Shown here piece by piece: positions 36,963-46,831 of a DNA stretch of 64,000 nucleotides (within the stretch, counting starts at the first letter, position 1; each line of letters begins with the position of its first letter). The position numbers and the translations under genes were made by a program. This DNA is from an uncultured bacterium (lineage in GTDB: Bacteria; Cyanobacteriota; Cyanobacteriia; Cyanobacteriales; JASJDA01). Below the pieces are notes generated by a model. That model made no database searches. It worked only from the letters and a program-made list of their open reading frames with translations, and was not told where the DNA came from. Where the stretch lies: contig CAYWIH010000004.1 in NCBI GenBank assembly GCA_964458305.1, positions 10,844-74,843 of the forward strand, given 5' to 3'.

Positions 36963-38021
36963 TCAAGCCAAAACAAACTGGTTGCGATCGACTGTCAATG
37001 CATTGAAAGCAAAATCTGCCAAAATCTCGTGAACCGATGCTGTAGGATGGATCGTATCCCAGAATAAATACTGGTTTGGATCTCCAGAAGCAACTCCTGC
37101 GATCGGATCTAAGAAAGGTTGAGAAACATTGCTCAGTCCGAATTCTTCTGGAGTTAAAATAACCCGATCGAATAAAGAGTTAGTATCTAGTTTAATCAGA
37201 TCGATGCCATCTAAAGAAGCACTCAAATTATCTAAAGTATTATCCAATAATAGGTTATGTCGATCGGTTAAATTGGTAAGCTGAATCGCAGCATCTATAG
37301 GAAGTGTCTTAGCAAGCGGTGTTTGTCCCAAATCTGGTAAATTAGGTACTAAAAAATTTCGCGCGCCAAGATCGAATAAAGATCCGATCGCCGTGCTAAT
37401 ATTATTAACTGTATTGAGAGGATCGGGATTTGGCAAGCCTAAATAATCGTTTGCTCCAGCCCAAATAACATATAAAGCGTTAGGATCGGCCGATACTCCA
37501 GTTTGTTGGTGGTCGTTAATAAACCATTCAACTTGTTGGAGAACTCCGGGAATGAAATCTCTCAACTCCCCACTACCGTTTTGGCCGGTTTGAGCAGATC
37601 CAAATGCAAAGTTAACTCCTTGGGTTGTAGTCGCACCGTTAAAATAAGGACTGACTTCCAAACCGTTCAAACCTATAGTTACAGGAGAAGATATCGGTAT
37701 TAATGGGTTTAAAACAGACAATTCGCTAGAAGGAGTAACGCTCAATCCTAAATTGGCTGCCAAGTTTTCTACCCAAACCGGCCCGTTGGAAAATCTTCCT
37801 TCAAAGAAAAGTGGACTTTCTGGAACGATCGGAATGTCAAGTCCAAAAAATCTTTCAAATGGCTGCACGAATTTAGTTGCCTGAAAAAGATTTCCAGGAT
37901 CGGAGAGGCTATCACCAAAAACGTACATTTTGCTGAAATTTGTCGTTGTTAAACTCGAGCTAGAATTTAAATTAGTATTTAAGTTTAAATTGTCTGCGAT
38001 TAATTTTCGAGTAGAAGTCAT
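36963..38021 (-). CDS. SGNH/GDSL-family lipase or esterase
   Basis: 352 aa. Block I YVFGDSLSDPGN, block III GANDY, block V FWDTIHPT. Confidence 0.85.
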   Translation of the reverse strand: MTSTRKLIADNLNLNTNLNSSSSLTTTNFSKMYVFGDSLSDPGNLFQATKFVQPFERFFGLDIPIVPESPLFFEGRFSNGPVWVENLAANLGLSVTPSSELSVLNPLIPISSPVTIGLNGLEVSPYFNGATTTQGVNFAFGSAQTGQNGSGELRDFIPGVLQQVEWFINDHQQTGVSADPNALYVIWAGANDYLGLPNPDPLNTVNNISTAIGSLFDLGARNFLVPNLPDLGQTPLAKTLPIDAAIQLTNLTDRHNLLLDNTLDNLSASLDGIDLIKLDTNSLFDRVILTPEEFGLSNVSQPFLDPIAGVASGDPNQYLFWDTIHPTASVHEILADFAFNALTVDRNQFVLA

Positions 38022-38153
38022 ATTATATTAGCGATCGCCGTGAAAATTTTTTAGTTTTTTAGTATCGTATCTTAAAAAATATTCTCGAATCGCTCTTTTG
38101 TTTTACGCAAGTCTCTATTTTTTTAAAAGTTTTGCTCTTGCTTTTGCCTGTTT

Positions 38154-38624
38154 CTAACTCGATTGTCTGATATGATTTACTAATGCTTGCAAACCTAACT
38201 GGTAACTAAAAGCTCCAAACCCACTTACTTGTCCTACAGCGATCGGAGCTATGTAAGATTTGTGTCGGAAAGGCTCTCGCTTGTATATATTACTTAAGTG
38301 AACTTCTACCGTCGGGATTTTTACCGCAGCTAAGGCATCTCTAATTGCTATGCTAGTATGAGTGTAAGCACCTGGATTAATTAAAATACCTCGGTACTGA
38401 CCCCAAGCTGCTTGTATTTTATCTACTAATACACCTTCATGATTGGATTGCAAACAAGTTACTTTTGCTCGCAATTCCTCTGATAATTCTAATAAAAGAT
38501 TGTTAATATCGTTTAACGTCTTAGCCCCATAAAACTCTGGCTCTCTCTTCCCTAAAAGATTTAAATTCGGGCCGTGAAGAACCAGAATATTTAGTATAGA
38601 TATATTTTGAGAATCTACTGACAA
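38154..38624 (-). CDS. aroQ: type II 3-dehydroquinate dehydratase
   Basis: 156 aa with [39 protein letters not shown] and EVHLSNI. Confidence 0.95.
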   Translation of the reverse strand: MSVDSQNISILNILVLHGPNLNLLGKREPEFYGAKTLNDINNLLLELSEELRAKVTCLQSNHEGVLVDKIQAAWGQYRGILINPGAYTHTSIAIRDALAAVKIPTVEVHLSNIYKREPFRHKSYIAPIAVGQVSGFGAFSYQLGLQALVNHIRQSS

Positions 38625-38638
38625 TTTTAATAGTGCCT

Positions 38639-38770
38639 TTAACGCCTAGAGCGGTCGACTGGAATGGGAATCAACTCCGGTTCAGGTTCTGCTTCTGGCC
38701 CTAAGAGACTTTCAATTAACTTACGCGCCCATTCTTTCATTTTTTCCAAGGCTTTATCTAAATACTCCAT
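38639..38770 (-). CDS. candidate 43-aa small protein (below the ORF-track cutoff)
   Basis: ATG at 38770-38768 with GGAG ~13 nt upstream, stop at 38641-38639. Translation [43 protein letters not shown]: an amphipathic helix followed by a Pro/Glu tail. It sits in a 337-nt gap that is otherwise empty. Confidence 0.3.
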   Translation of the reverse strand: MEYLDKALEKMKEWARKLIESLLGPEAEPEPELIPIPVDRSRR

Positions 38771-38961
38771 CGAACAGAGTGCTCCATTTAAACTACATTG
38801 CGTTTCGTAGCCAGTCAAACCTTTGAACTACAATAAAAGTAATTACACTTATGTAATTATCTATGTTAGCTTATTTTTTTTTTCTGGTTTGACGAACGAT
38901 TTAACCTATTTTCTTATATTTATATTAAGGATAGCATAGCTTTTTAAAACAGAAACGGTAT

Positions 38962-40215
38962 TTAATGGTATTTTTGCAAAATTTTTCTGCGCAAGCGATC
39001 GAGACAATTGCAAGCACTGAGATAGCGAATTAAAGATCGACTTCTAGTTGCTCCGAAAAGATACTTAAAACTTTCAACACCCTCATCGGATGCCAAACCG
39101 ATATAAACTAAGCCAACGGGTTTAGTTTCTGTTCCCCCACCAGGGCCGGCGATTCCGGTAATCGAGACTCCCCAAGTAGTGCCGAGTAATTCTCTAATTC
39201 CTAGGGCCATTTGTTCGGCGACGATCGAACTTACAGCTCCAAATTCAATTAAATCGGCTTCGCTGACTCCGAGAACGTAGGTTTTAACCCAATTATTGTA
39301 GGCGACGATCCCACCCATAAAATACTCGGAACTGCCGGGAACAGTACTCAAAAACCCTCCCAAACCACCGCCAGTACAAGATTCTGCTACTCCTAAAGAT
39401 TGCTCGTTTTGGCGGAGTAAATTGCCGACTACAGCAGGTAAAGTATCGTTATCCCTACCAAAATAATCTTCTTTAGCAATTGCTTTAATTTCTGCGGCGA
39501 TCGGTTCGATTTTGGCGATCGCTTCTGTTTCGGAGGCTGCTTTAGCGGAGATCCTTAATCTTACTTCACCGCGAGAAGCGTAGGGTGCGACGGTGGGGTT
39601 ATTTAATTCGAGCAGATGAGATACTTTTTCGGCTAAGGTAGATTCGCCAATACCGCGAAAGCGGAGGGTGCGACTGTAAATAATTTCTTTACCCCAACCG
39701 ATGCTTTTGAGATAGGGTACTGCTGTCTCGCGCCACATCTGGTGCATTTCCGAAGGCACTCCGGGAAAGGTAAGAACGCTCAAACCGGGACGAGGTTGCC
39801 AAATTATGCCCGGTGCAGTTCCCAATGGATTGGGTAAGATCTTTGCTCCTGCGGGAATCAGTGCTTGCTTGTAATTGCTGGAGTTCATCTTACGTTCTAA
39901 AGCAGCAAATTTAGCGGCAATATCGGCGATAATTTCGGTTTTTTCTACTAAAGGAGTTTGAAAATATTGAGCGATCGCCTCGGTTGTCAGATCGTCGGGA
40001 GTCGGGCCCAAACCGCCAGTAAATATTAAAATAGAAGCGCGTTTTGAGGCAATATCGATAACTTGCTGAAGTCTTTCTAAATTATCTCCAACTACGGTTT
40101 GATAGTAATGAGGAATGCCTAAATTAGCTAATTCGGTGGCTAAAAATTGACAGTTAGTATTGAGAATATCTCCGAGTAATAGTTCGGTTCCGACACAAAT
40201 AACTTCAGCAGTCAT
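38962..40215 (-). CDS. cinA: competence/damage-inducible protein CinA (MoCF-like domain plus NMN amidohydrolase PncC domain)
   Basis: 417 aa with VICVGTELLLGDILNTNCQFLA, FTGGLGPTPDDLT and C-terminal ESCTGGGLGG...TGIAGPGGG. Confidence 0.9.
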   Translation of the reverse strand: MTAEVICVGTELLLGDILNTNCQFLATELANLGIPHYYQTVVGDNLERLQQVIDIASKRASILIFTGGLGPTPDDLTTEAIAQYFQTPLVEKTEIIADIAAKFAALERKMNSSNYKQALIPAGAKILPNPLGTAPGIIWQPRPGLSVLTFPGVPSEMHQMWRETAVPYLKSIGWGKEIIYSRTLRFRGIGESTLAEKVSHLLELNNPTVAPYASRGEVRLRISAKAASETEAIAKIEPIAAEIKAIAKEDYFGRDNDTLPAVVGNLLRQNEQSLGVAESCTGGGLGGFLSTVPGSSEYFMGGIVAYNNWVKTYVLGVSEADLIEFGAVSSIVAEQMALGIRELLGTTWGVSITGIAGPGGGTETKPVGLVYIGLASDEGVESFKYLFGATRSRSLIRYLSACNCLDRLRRKILQKYH

Positions 40216-41270
40216 ATTTTCCTAATTTTTAATTTTTTTTTACGCCAGACTTGCCAACTTACATAAACTAGCAGAAATGTGGCCCCAATGGCGTATCCCC
40301 AACCACTAGGCAGGTTAGAAAAACCCAAAGCCAAACAACCAACCCAAAGAGTAAGAGAATATATAAATAATACGGTCAAACGCTGGGGAACTCCAGATTC
40401 TAGCAACCAATGATGTAAATGACTGTTATCGGCAATGAATGGAGATTTACCGCGACTGAGACGAGAAATAATTACCGCCGACATATCTAAAATTGGCACT
40501 GCCAAAATTAAATAGGGCAAAATAACTGCTGTCACTGCGGTAGTTTTGACTAAACCGATCGTGGCGACACCAGCGAGGGTAAAGCCCATAAAATAGGCCC
40601 CTCCGTCTCCCATAAAAATTTGTGCTGGCTTAAAATTGTAACGTAAAAACCCTAAAGATCCTCCAGCCAAAGCAGCAGCTATTAAAGCAGCAGCAGGGCG
40701 ATCCATAAAGAGAGTCATAATTAACAATACTACTGCGGCAATGCCGGAAACTCCTGCAGCCAACCCATCCACTCCATCGATCCAGTTAATCGCATTTGCC
40801 ATTCCAACCAACCAAATTAGGGTAATTGGCAAACTCAACAATCCCAAAGCAACCAAACCGTGAAAAGGAATCGAGAGAAATTCAATTTTTACTCCCAAAT
40901 TCCAGCATACCGAGGCTACGGCAAATTGGATTATCAATCTGAGTATGGGACTGAGATTAAACAAATCGTCGGCAAAACCGATCGCAAAAAAGCCGATGCT
41001 GCCGATAACAATACCCCAAATTTCCCATTCTCGTTCTGGCGGTAAAGTTCCGAAACCTCCTAAGCCCCAAACTACTAATAAAGCGGCGATCGTGCCGCCA
41101 AAAATGGATATTCCGCCGACTCTTACTGTCGGATTTTGGTGGATTTTTCTTTTATTGGGTCGATCGACTATACCCAACCGCAGACCGATATTTTTCACAT
41201 CTGGAATCGTCCATAAAACTACGGTCACAGAAACTAGAAACGAAATCGCGTGATACAGTTGGGTTGTCAT
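40212..41270 (-). CDS. glycosyltransferase family 4 polyprenyl-phosphate sugar-1-phosphate transferase (WecA/MraY family)
   Basis: 352 aa, polytopic. DDLFNL, NAINWIDGVDGLA and MGDGGAYFMGF motifs. 4-nt overlap with cinA. Confidence 0.85.
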   Translation of the reverse strand: MTTQLYHAISFLVSVTVVLWTIPDVKNIGLRLGIVDRPNKRKIHQNPTVRVGGISIFGGTIAALLVVWGLGGFGTLPPEREWEIWGIVIGSIGFFAIGFADDLFNLSPILRLIIQFAVASVCWNLGVKIEFLSIPFHGLVALGLLSLPITLIWLVGMANAINWIDGVDGLAAGVSGIAAVVLLIMTLFMDRPAAALIAAALAGGSLGFLRYNFKPAQIFMGDGGAYFMGFTLAGVATIGLVKTTAVTAVILPYLILAVPILDMSAVIISRLSRGKSPFIADNSHLHHWLLESGVPQRLTVLFIYSLTLWVGCLALGFSNLPSGWGYAIGATFLLVYVSWQVWRKKKLKIRKI

Positions 41271-41308
41271 TAAACTTAATCTTCCTGGTTAGTTTACTAG
41301 GCTTTCGT

Positions 41309-42592
41309 TCAAGCAGTTACTGGCACGGGAATATTTAAGTGGTCGTAAAGAGGGAAGCGATCGCACAAAGCTGCTACTCTGTCGAGACAGTTTTTTGTTA
41401 CTGTTTCGTCGTCTGGATTTAAAAGTCGATCGGCAATTATATTACCTATTTCTTCAAATTCTACTACACCCAATCCTCTGGTGGTCATGGCTGGAGATCC
41501 CAAACGCAAACCGCTAGTAACAAAGGGTGATTCTGGATCGAACGGGACTGTATTTTTATTGGCCGTGATATTGATTTGACTCATTAAAAGATCGGCTCTT
41601 TTTCCGGTCATGTTAACCGATCGCAAATCGACTAAAATTAGGTGATTGTCCGTACCGTTAGAGACTAGTTTTAATCCGCGCTTCATCAGAGTTTCTCCCA
41701 GCGATCGCGCATTTTCGATTACTCGCCCCGAATAGGTTTTAAATTCGGGTTTGAGGGCTTCGCCGAAGGCTACTGCTTTAGCTATAATAACGTGTTCGAG
41801 GGGGCCGCCCTGAGTTCCAGGGAACACTGCTTTGTTAAATTTCTTTCCTAAGTCTGCGTCGCGGGTTAGAATCAATCCTCCTCTGGGGCCTCTTAAGGTT
41901 TTATGGGTGGTGGTGGTAACTACATCGCAATAGGGAACTGGGTTGGGGTGGTGTCCGCTTGCGACTAAGCCCGCGATGTGGGCGATATCGGCTAATAAAT
42001 AAGCCCCTACTTCGTCGGCTATTTCTCTGAATTTAGCGAAGTCGATGATGCGGGGGTAGGCTGAATAACCGCAAATAATTAATTTGGGACGTTCTTTTAA
42101 AGCTATTTCGCGAATGCGATCGAAGTTGAGGGTTTCTGTTTCTTTATCTACGCCGTACTGGCATACTTTAAACCATTTACCGGAGACGTTGACGGGCGAG
42201 CCGTGGGTCAAATGTCCGCCGTGGGATAAGTCCATTCCCATGATGGTATCTCCGGGTTCGAGCAATGCCAAAAATACTGCAAAATTGGCTTGAGCCCCCG
42301 AATGAGGTTGCACGTTAGCACTGGCCGCGCCAAATAGTTCGATCGCTCGTTCGATGGCTAATTTTTCGCCGCGATCGACTGCTTCGCAACCACCATAGTA
42401 TCTTTTTCCTGGCAATCCTTCGGCATATTTATTTGTCAGTACCGATCCTTGGGCTGCTAGAACTGCTGGAGAGGTAAAATTTTCGCTAGCTATTAATTCT
42501 AAATGGCTTCTTTGTCTTTTTAATTCTTGCTGGATAATTTCTGCTACTGTCGGATCTGTTTGTGCCAAAAAATCTAGATTAGTTTTGCTCAC
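41309..42592 (-). CDS. glyA: serine hydroxymethyltransferase
   Basis: 427 aa with [17 protein letters not shown] and the PLP-lysine context [14 protein letters not shown]. Confidence 0.97.
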   Translation of the reverse strand: MSKTNLDFLAQTDPTVAEIIQQELKRQRSHLELIASENFTSPAVLAAQGSVLTNKYAEGLPGKRYYGGCEAVDRGEKLAIERAIELFGAASANVQPHSGAQANFAVFLALLEPGDTIMGMDLSHGGHLTHGSPVNVSGKWFKVCQYGVDKETETLNFDRIREIALKERPKLIICGYSAYPRIIDFAKFREIADEVGAYLLADIAHIAGLVASGHHPNPVPYCDVVTTTTHKTLRGPRGGLILTRDADLGKKFNKAVFPGTQGGPLEHVIIAKAVAFGEALKPEFKTYSGRVIENARSLGETLMKRGLKLVSNGTDNHLILVDLRSVNMTGKRADLLMSQINITANKNTVPFDPESPFVTSGLRLGSPAMTTRGLGVVEFEEIGNIIADRLLNPDDETVTKNCLDRVAALCDRFPLYDHLNIPVPVTA

Positions 42593-42928
42593 TTTTTTCT
42601 CTTTAACTCGTTGCTTGCTTTAGGTAATGATAAGTACAGTTTTCGTTTTGAATTTAATGCCTAAGTTCCATTTAATGCCACTCGGACGATCTTATCTATT
42701 GCCAATTTATAATCTTAACGCTGTTTTTTATTATTAATGTTATCTATTAGCTAAAGTTTTAGCCCTTAACTCAATTCTCAAAAAGACGATCTTGAAAAAA
42801 TATTAAATTTTTCTTTAACTAAATTAACTGACTGTATTAAGGTATGTAGCAATATTTATTTAATCAGAAAAGCAAGAATTAAAATAGATGCAACGGCATC
42901 ATTTTCACAAGGGGAAGGAATTAGTAAG

Positions 42929-43126
42929 ATGCTGGTAATTTTGACTGAAGAACAAGTTATTGGTTGCGAACGGGTTTGTCAAGGCTGCGTCCTGGCCGAT
43001 CGCAGTGGTTCTCCTCGTTGGATTAAAGGAAAGCTCAGTTGCGGTAGCTTGGTTGGTAAATCGAAGGAAAATCAATTAGACCTCTATCAATGTCAAATGG
43101 GGTTTCGGATCGCTAAAATCGATTGA
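42929..43126 (+). CDS. small Cys-containing hypothetical protein
   Basis: 65 aa. Purine-rich RBS (GGGGAAGGA) upstream. No motif recognised. Confidence 0.45.
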   Translation: MLVILTEEQVIGCERVCQGCVLADRSGSPRWIKGKLSCGSLVGKSKENQLDLYQCQMGFRIAKID

Positions 43127-43255
43127 AAAGCTCGATCTGGTTTCAAAGTAGTCGGTTAACCGCTCGATCGAGTTGACAGCTAGTGCGTTATTGTGGAAAT
43201 TAGGACGACACTAACCAACCAATTCCCACTGACGACGACATAAGGAGATATTAGG

Positions 43256-43741
43256 ATGACTTGGCGCGGTTCACCAGACGTTAAAGACAGAGTTTTTGGA
43301 GCTTTTGTTTACGCTCTTCCTCTATTTTATTCTTTGCGATTTAGCAATTATATGCTGGGATATTTCCCGGGCATATTTAAAGATATTTTATCTGTGATAA
43401 TCGCACCGGTGGCTTTAGTTTACGGATTATTAGGGCCTTTTGCGAATATTATTATTTTCTTTGCTTTGTATTTAGCAGTAATTAGAAACGACAGAATCAG
43501 CTATTTTATTCGTTTCAACGCCATGCAGGCAATTTTAATAGATATATTTTTGGTGCTTTGCAGCATTGTAACCTCTTTGTTCGTTCGCGGACTTAACGGT
43601 GGCTTGCTGATCGAAACTTTGTTTAACGTTATCTTCTTATCGACCTTAGTAGCTTGTTTCTATTCGATGATTCAATCTGCATTAGGAAAATACGCGGAAA
43701 TTCCAACTATTTCCGAAGCTGCTGCTTCCCAAGTACGCTAA
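43256..43741 (+). CDS. Tic20-family membrane protein
   Basis: 161 aa with four hydrophobic spans. RVFGAFVYALPLF and FIRFNAMQAILIDIFLV resemble the Tic20 signature (FVRFN-MQA--LD). Confidence 0.75.
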   Translation: MTWRGSPDVKDRVFGAFVYALPLFYSLRFSNYMLGYFPGIFKDILSVIIAPVALVYGLLGPFANIIIFFALYLAVIRNDRISYFIRFNAMQAILIDIFLVLCSIVTSLFVRGLNGGLLIETLFNVIFLSTLVACFYSMIQSALGKYAEIPTISEAAASQVR

Positions 43742-43753
43742 GAGAAAATAAAG

Positions 43754-44530
43754 TTACACTCCAGCCATAACATAATTTTCTAAACTACCAATTCCCTCAA
43801 TTTCGATCCGAACGCGATCGCCCTTTTTTAAAGCCCCCACTCCCGCCGGAGTTCCAGTTAAGATTACATCTCCCGGCAGGAGTGTCATAATCTGGGAAAT
43901 ATAATGAACGAGGAATTGAGCAGAAAAAACCATTTCAGATAATAGCGCAGATTGACGGGGTTCTAACTCGTCGTTAATAAAAGTTTGTAATTTAGCTCCC
44001 GGACTTAATTCGCGAACGATCCAAGGGCCTAAAGGACAAAAACTATCGAAGCCTTTAGCTCGAGTCCACTGATGGTCTTGCTGTTGTAAATCTCGCGCCG
44101 TAACATCATTGGCGATGGTATAGCCCCAAATTTTATTGCGAGCTTGTTCTAGATTGCAGTTGCGACAAACTTCACCGACGATCGCAGCTAATTCCCCTTC
44201 ATAATCGACGCGCTGAGATTGCTGGGGATAATATATAGGTTTGGACTCAGCAACGATCGCTGAGGGAGGCTTGAGAAATAAAAGGGGTTTTGAGGGAACT
44301 TTCCCACCCATTTCTTCGGCGTGCTGGGGATAATTTTTGCCAACAGCAATAATTTTAGAAGGAGCGCAGGGAGCGAGCAATTGATAAGTGTCTGCTTCTA
44401 ATTTTAAATCGGTAGCTTTTCCTTTTAACCAGGGAGGGGCATCTAGCACCTCTACAGCGCGGCTGAGCAAGAGAGAGCCGTAATAAGTTTTTCCTTCGGA
44501 TGTTTTAACTCTGACGTAGCGTTGCACCAT
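43754..44530 (-). CDS. fumarylacetoacetate hydrolase (FAH) family protein
   Basis: 258 aa with DYEGELAAIVG, NDVTARDLQ and LLPGDVILTGTPAGVG. Confidence 0.9.
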   Translation of the reverse strand: MVQRYVRVKTSEGKTYYGSLLLSRAVEVLDAPPWLKGKATDLKLEADTYQLLAPCAPSKIIAVGKNYPQHAEEMGGKVPSKPLLFLKPPSAIVAESKPIYYPQQSQRVDYEGELAAIVGEVCRNCNLEQARNKIWGYTIANDVTARDLQQQDHQWTRAKGFDSFCPLGPWIVRELSPGAKLQTFINDELEPRQSALLSEMVFSAQFLVHYISQIMTLLPGDVILTGTPAGVGALKKGDRVRIEIEGIGSLENYVMAGV

Positions 44531-44776
44531 AATCGGTAAACATTTTGTGAATAGATTAATAATCGTTAGATTTTAACTGAAATATTTTTAGCTAGCTTCG
44601 ACGACAAATTTTACAGTAAAACTGTAGATCGATCGCTGCAGAAAATTAGGATTGAATTCTCTTATATTTTTCAATATTCGGCGGCCGAAGACAAGGGAGA
44701 GCGCAGATAGGGAAATGATGCTACCCTAAAAAAGGTCAAAAATCTTTACCAAAAAGTAGTAAGATCGTAAATCCTT

Positions 44777-44815
44777 GCTTCTTTATTTCGATTCAAATCG
44801 AAGAAGCCGCTTTTT
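44777..44815 (+). promoter_or_regulatory. terminator-like hairpin in the rpsF 5' leader (possible attenuator or autoregulatory leader)
   Basis: GCTTC (44777-81) pairs with GAAGC (44803-07). TTCGAT (44787-92) pairs with ATCGAA (44797-802), closing a TCAA loop. CGC and T5 follow (44811-15). The element lies 48 nt before the rpsF ATG. Confidence 0.3.
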
Positions 44816-44862
44816 AGGTGCATTTAAAGCAGCACCCACAGTCCACAAGGAGTATCAAATAA

Positions 44863-45258
44863 ATGGTTAACAGTTACGAAAGTATGTACGTGTTGCGCCC
44901 GGATCTATCTGAAGAACAGGTCGATCGGGTCGTTCAAAAATATATCGAATTTATCACCGAAAGGGGAGCGACGAATATCAAAATTCAAAATCGCGGTAAA
45001 CGCCGACTTGCCTATGAGATCCAAAATTTTCAAGATGGCATTTACATTCAGATGAACTATAGCGGCGACGGTCAATTTATCAAACCGATGGAACGAGATA
45101 TGCGTCTTTGTGAAGAAGTAATTCGCTATTTAAATCTTAAGTTAGAAACAGACGCTCTAGAAGAAGACCCAGAAGAAGATTCCGTTTCATCCGATCGAGA
45201 GCAACCTCCCCAAGAGCAGTCTATCGACGAACAACCTCCTCAAGAGCAGCCTGCTTAG
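44863..45258 (+). CDS. rpsF: 30S ribosomal protein S6 with an acidic, repeat-containing C-terminal extension
   Basis: 131 aa. YESMYVLRPDLSEEQVDRVV...GKRRLAYEI core. The tail carries a duplicated EQPPQEQ (45198-45218 and 45228-45248). Confidence 0.95.
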   Translation: MVNSYESMYVLRPDLSEEQVDRVVQKYIEFITERGATNIKIQNRGKRRLAYEIQNFQDGIYIQMNYSGDGQFIKPMERDMRLCEEVIRYLNLKLETDALEEDPEEDSVSSDREQPPQEQSIDEQPPQEQPA

Positions 45259-45282
45259 GGCTTTACGAACTCAGTTAGGAAC

Positions 45283-45308
45283 GTACCATGGTACGTCGGT
45301 ACAGAAGT
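45283..45308. repeat. dispersed palindrome repeat, copy 2 (GTACCATGGTACGTCGGTACAGAAGT)
   Basis: Perfect 12-nt palindrome GTACCATGGTAC followed by GTCGGTAC. Lies between the convergent rpsF and FAD-oxidase genes and is followed by TTTTATTTT. Confidence 0.8.
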
Positions 45309-45354
45309 TTTATTTTAAGATCGATCTCTGTCTCTTCTGAGGCTGCGATCGTGA

Positions 45355-46707
45355 TTATTTATTTTTTTCAAAGTAAGCCCTCATTTTACCCGGGTTCATC
45401 AGTCCGTAAGGGTCTACTTTTTCTTTAAACTGTAATTGTTCTGGTTCGATCTGTTTTCTGCCACCATCTTCGAGAATGTAAGTGTGGGGATTGGCAATAA
45501 ATGCTCCTCGTTCTTCGTGATAGCTGATAATTTCATTAAGGCGTTCTTGTGAAGTATAGCGGACGAGTTGCAAGCCAGCAGGAATTGCTTTTCCTCCCAC
45601 TCGTAAAAATTCTAAATGCATCATCACTTCATCACCAAAATGATTATACATATGTTCTACTCTGTCTAAATCGAAAAAGAAAGTTTGTAAATAAGTTAAA
45701 TTGTCATCGACGTTGCGAGCGTGCAAAGTGGTATGATTCCAGGTAAATTCTGCCAAACTCGTCCCTTTACTTGCTTCTTTTGCAGTTTTATGGTAATTAA
45801 TTTTACCGCCAAATTCGGCGACTAAATCGCGCAGCGGTTCGAGACAATATTCTGCGGTCATCAATAAAGCGCAGTGTTTGCCATCGGGAATAAATTGAGC
45901 GATCGCATTAAAATATTGCGGGATCGGATCGGCGTGAATGCTGACTAATTTTTTAACTAAACCGTCGCTGTCGCATAAAGCTTGACCGAATTTAGCAGCA
46001 GTCATAAAATCGTCAAAAACAACGATCGTTTCTGCCCAAGCTCGAGCTGGAGATAAAGCTATTGTTAATTGAGCGATAATACCATTAGTACCGTAGGCAT
46101 GATTTACTTTTTGTACTTCATCGCCCCTCAGTTCGATAATACGGGGTTCGTCTTCGAGGGTAACTACTCTAACTGCTAAAAGATTGCCCCGATCGCGCAG
46201 TTGTCCGTATTCGATCGAACCAATACCCCCACTACCTCCGCCAATAAAACCGCCAATAGTCGCAGTGCGATAGGTCGAAGGAACCATTCGCAACTCCCAA
46301 CCCCTTTCTCTGGCTTGTTTGTCAAATGCAGCCATTTTTACCCCGGGTTCGACGCAAGCAACTCCAGGGTCGATCGAGATAATTTGATTCATTGCCGTAG
46401 TATCGAGAACGATGCCGCCATCTAAGGGAATACACTGTCCGTAATTTCCCGTACCTGCCCCCCTGACTGTGAGGGGAATTTTGTATTTGACGCAAGTTCT
46501 GGCTATTTGTAATATTTCAGCTTCGCTGCGAGGACGAACGACTAAATCGGCTCTTTTATCTTTTAGAGCCTCCTGTAACACTGGGCTAAAGTGATAATAG
46601 TCTAGAGATAGTTTGGTTAACTGTAGGGGATCTCGGATTATTTCTATTCCTGTTAGCTCGTTAATTAAATTATCCCAATCGATAGATGGTGTTTTTATTG
46701 AGTTCAT
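45355..46707 (-). CDS. FAD-binding (PCMH-type) oxidoreductase, GlcD-like family
   Basis: 450 aa with VRPRSEAEILQIARTC...PLTVRGAGTGNYGQ and IGGFIGGGSGGIGS. Confidence 0.85.
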   Translation of the reverse strand: MNSIKTPSIDWDNLINELTGIEIIRDPLQLTKLSLDYYHFSPVLQEALKDKRADLVVRPRSEAEILQIARTCVKYKIPLTVRGAGTGNYGQCIPLDGGIVLDTTAMNQIISIDPGVACVEPGVKMAAFDKQARERGWELRMVPSTYRTATIGGFIGGGSGGIGSIEYGQLRDRGNLLAVRVVTLEDEPRIIELRGDEVQKVNHAYGTNGIIAQLTIALSPARAWAETIVVFDDFMTAAKFGQALCDSDGLVKKLVSIHADPIPQYFNAIAQFIPDGKHCALLMTAEYCLEPLRDLVAEFGGKINYHKTAKEASKGTSLAEFTWNHTTLHARNVDDNLTYLQTFFFDLDRVEHMYNHFGDEVMMHLEFLRVGGKAIPAGLQLVRYTSQERLNEIISYHEERGAFIANPHTYILEDGGRKQIEPEQLQFKEKVDPYGLMNPGKMRAYFEKNK

Positions 46708-46831
46708 TAATTTAGATTGTTTCTATCAATTTTGCTATTTTTAATATTACTCGTCTGGCGAAAATCGACGAATTCAATAATTATAACAAGAGTATTTAAG
46801 AAAATAACCCAAATCTGGAGGTAGAAAAAAG

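Noticed and set aside
44786-44806. TTCGATTCAAATCGAA looked like a tRNA T-arm
   Set aside because: No acceptor, D or anticodon arms can be built around it. It is better explained as the inner stem of the rpsF leader hairpin.
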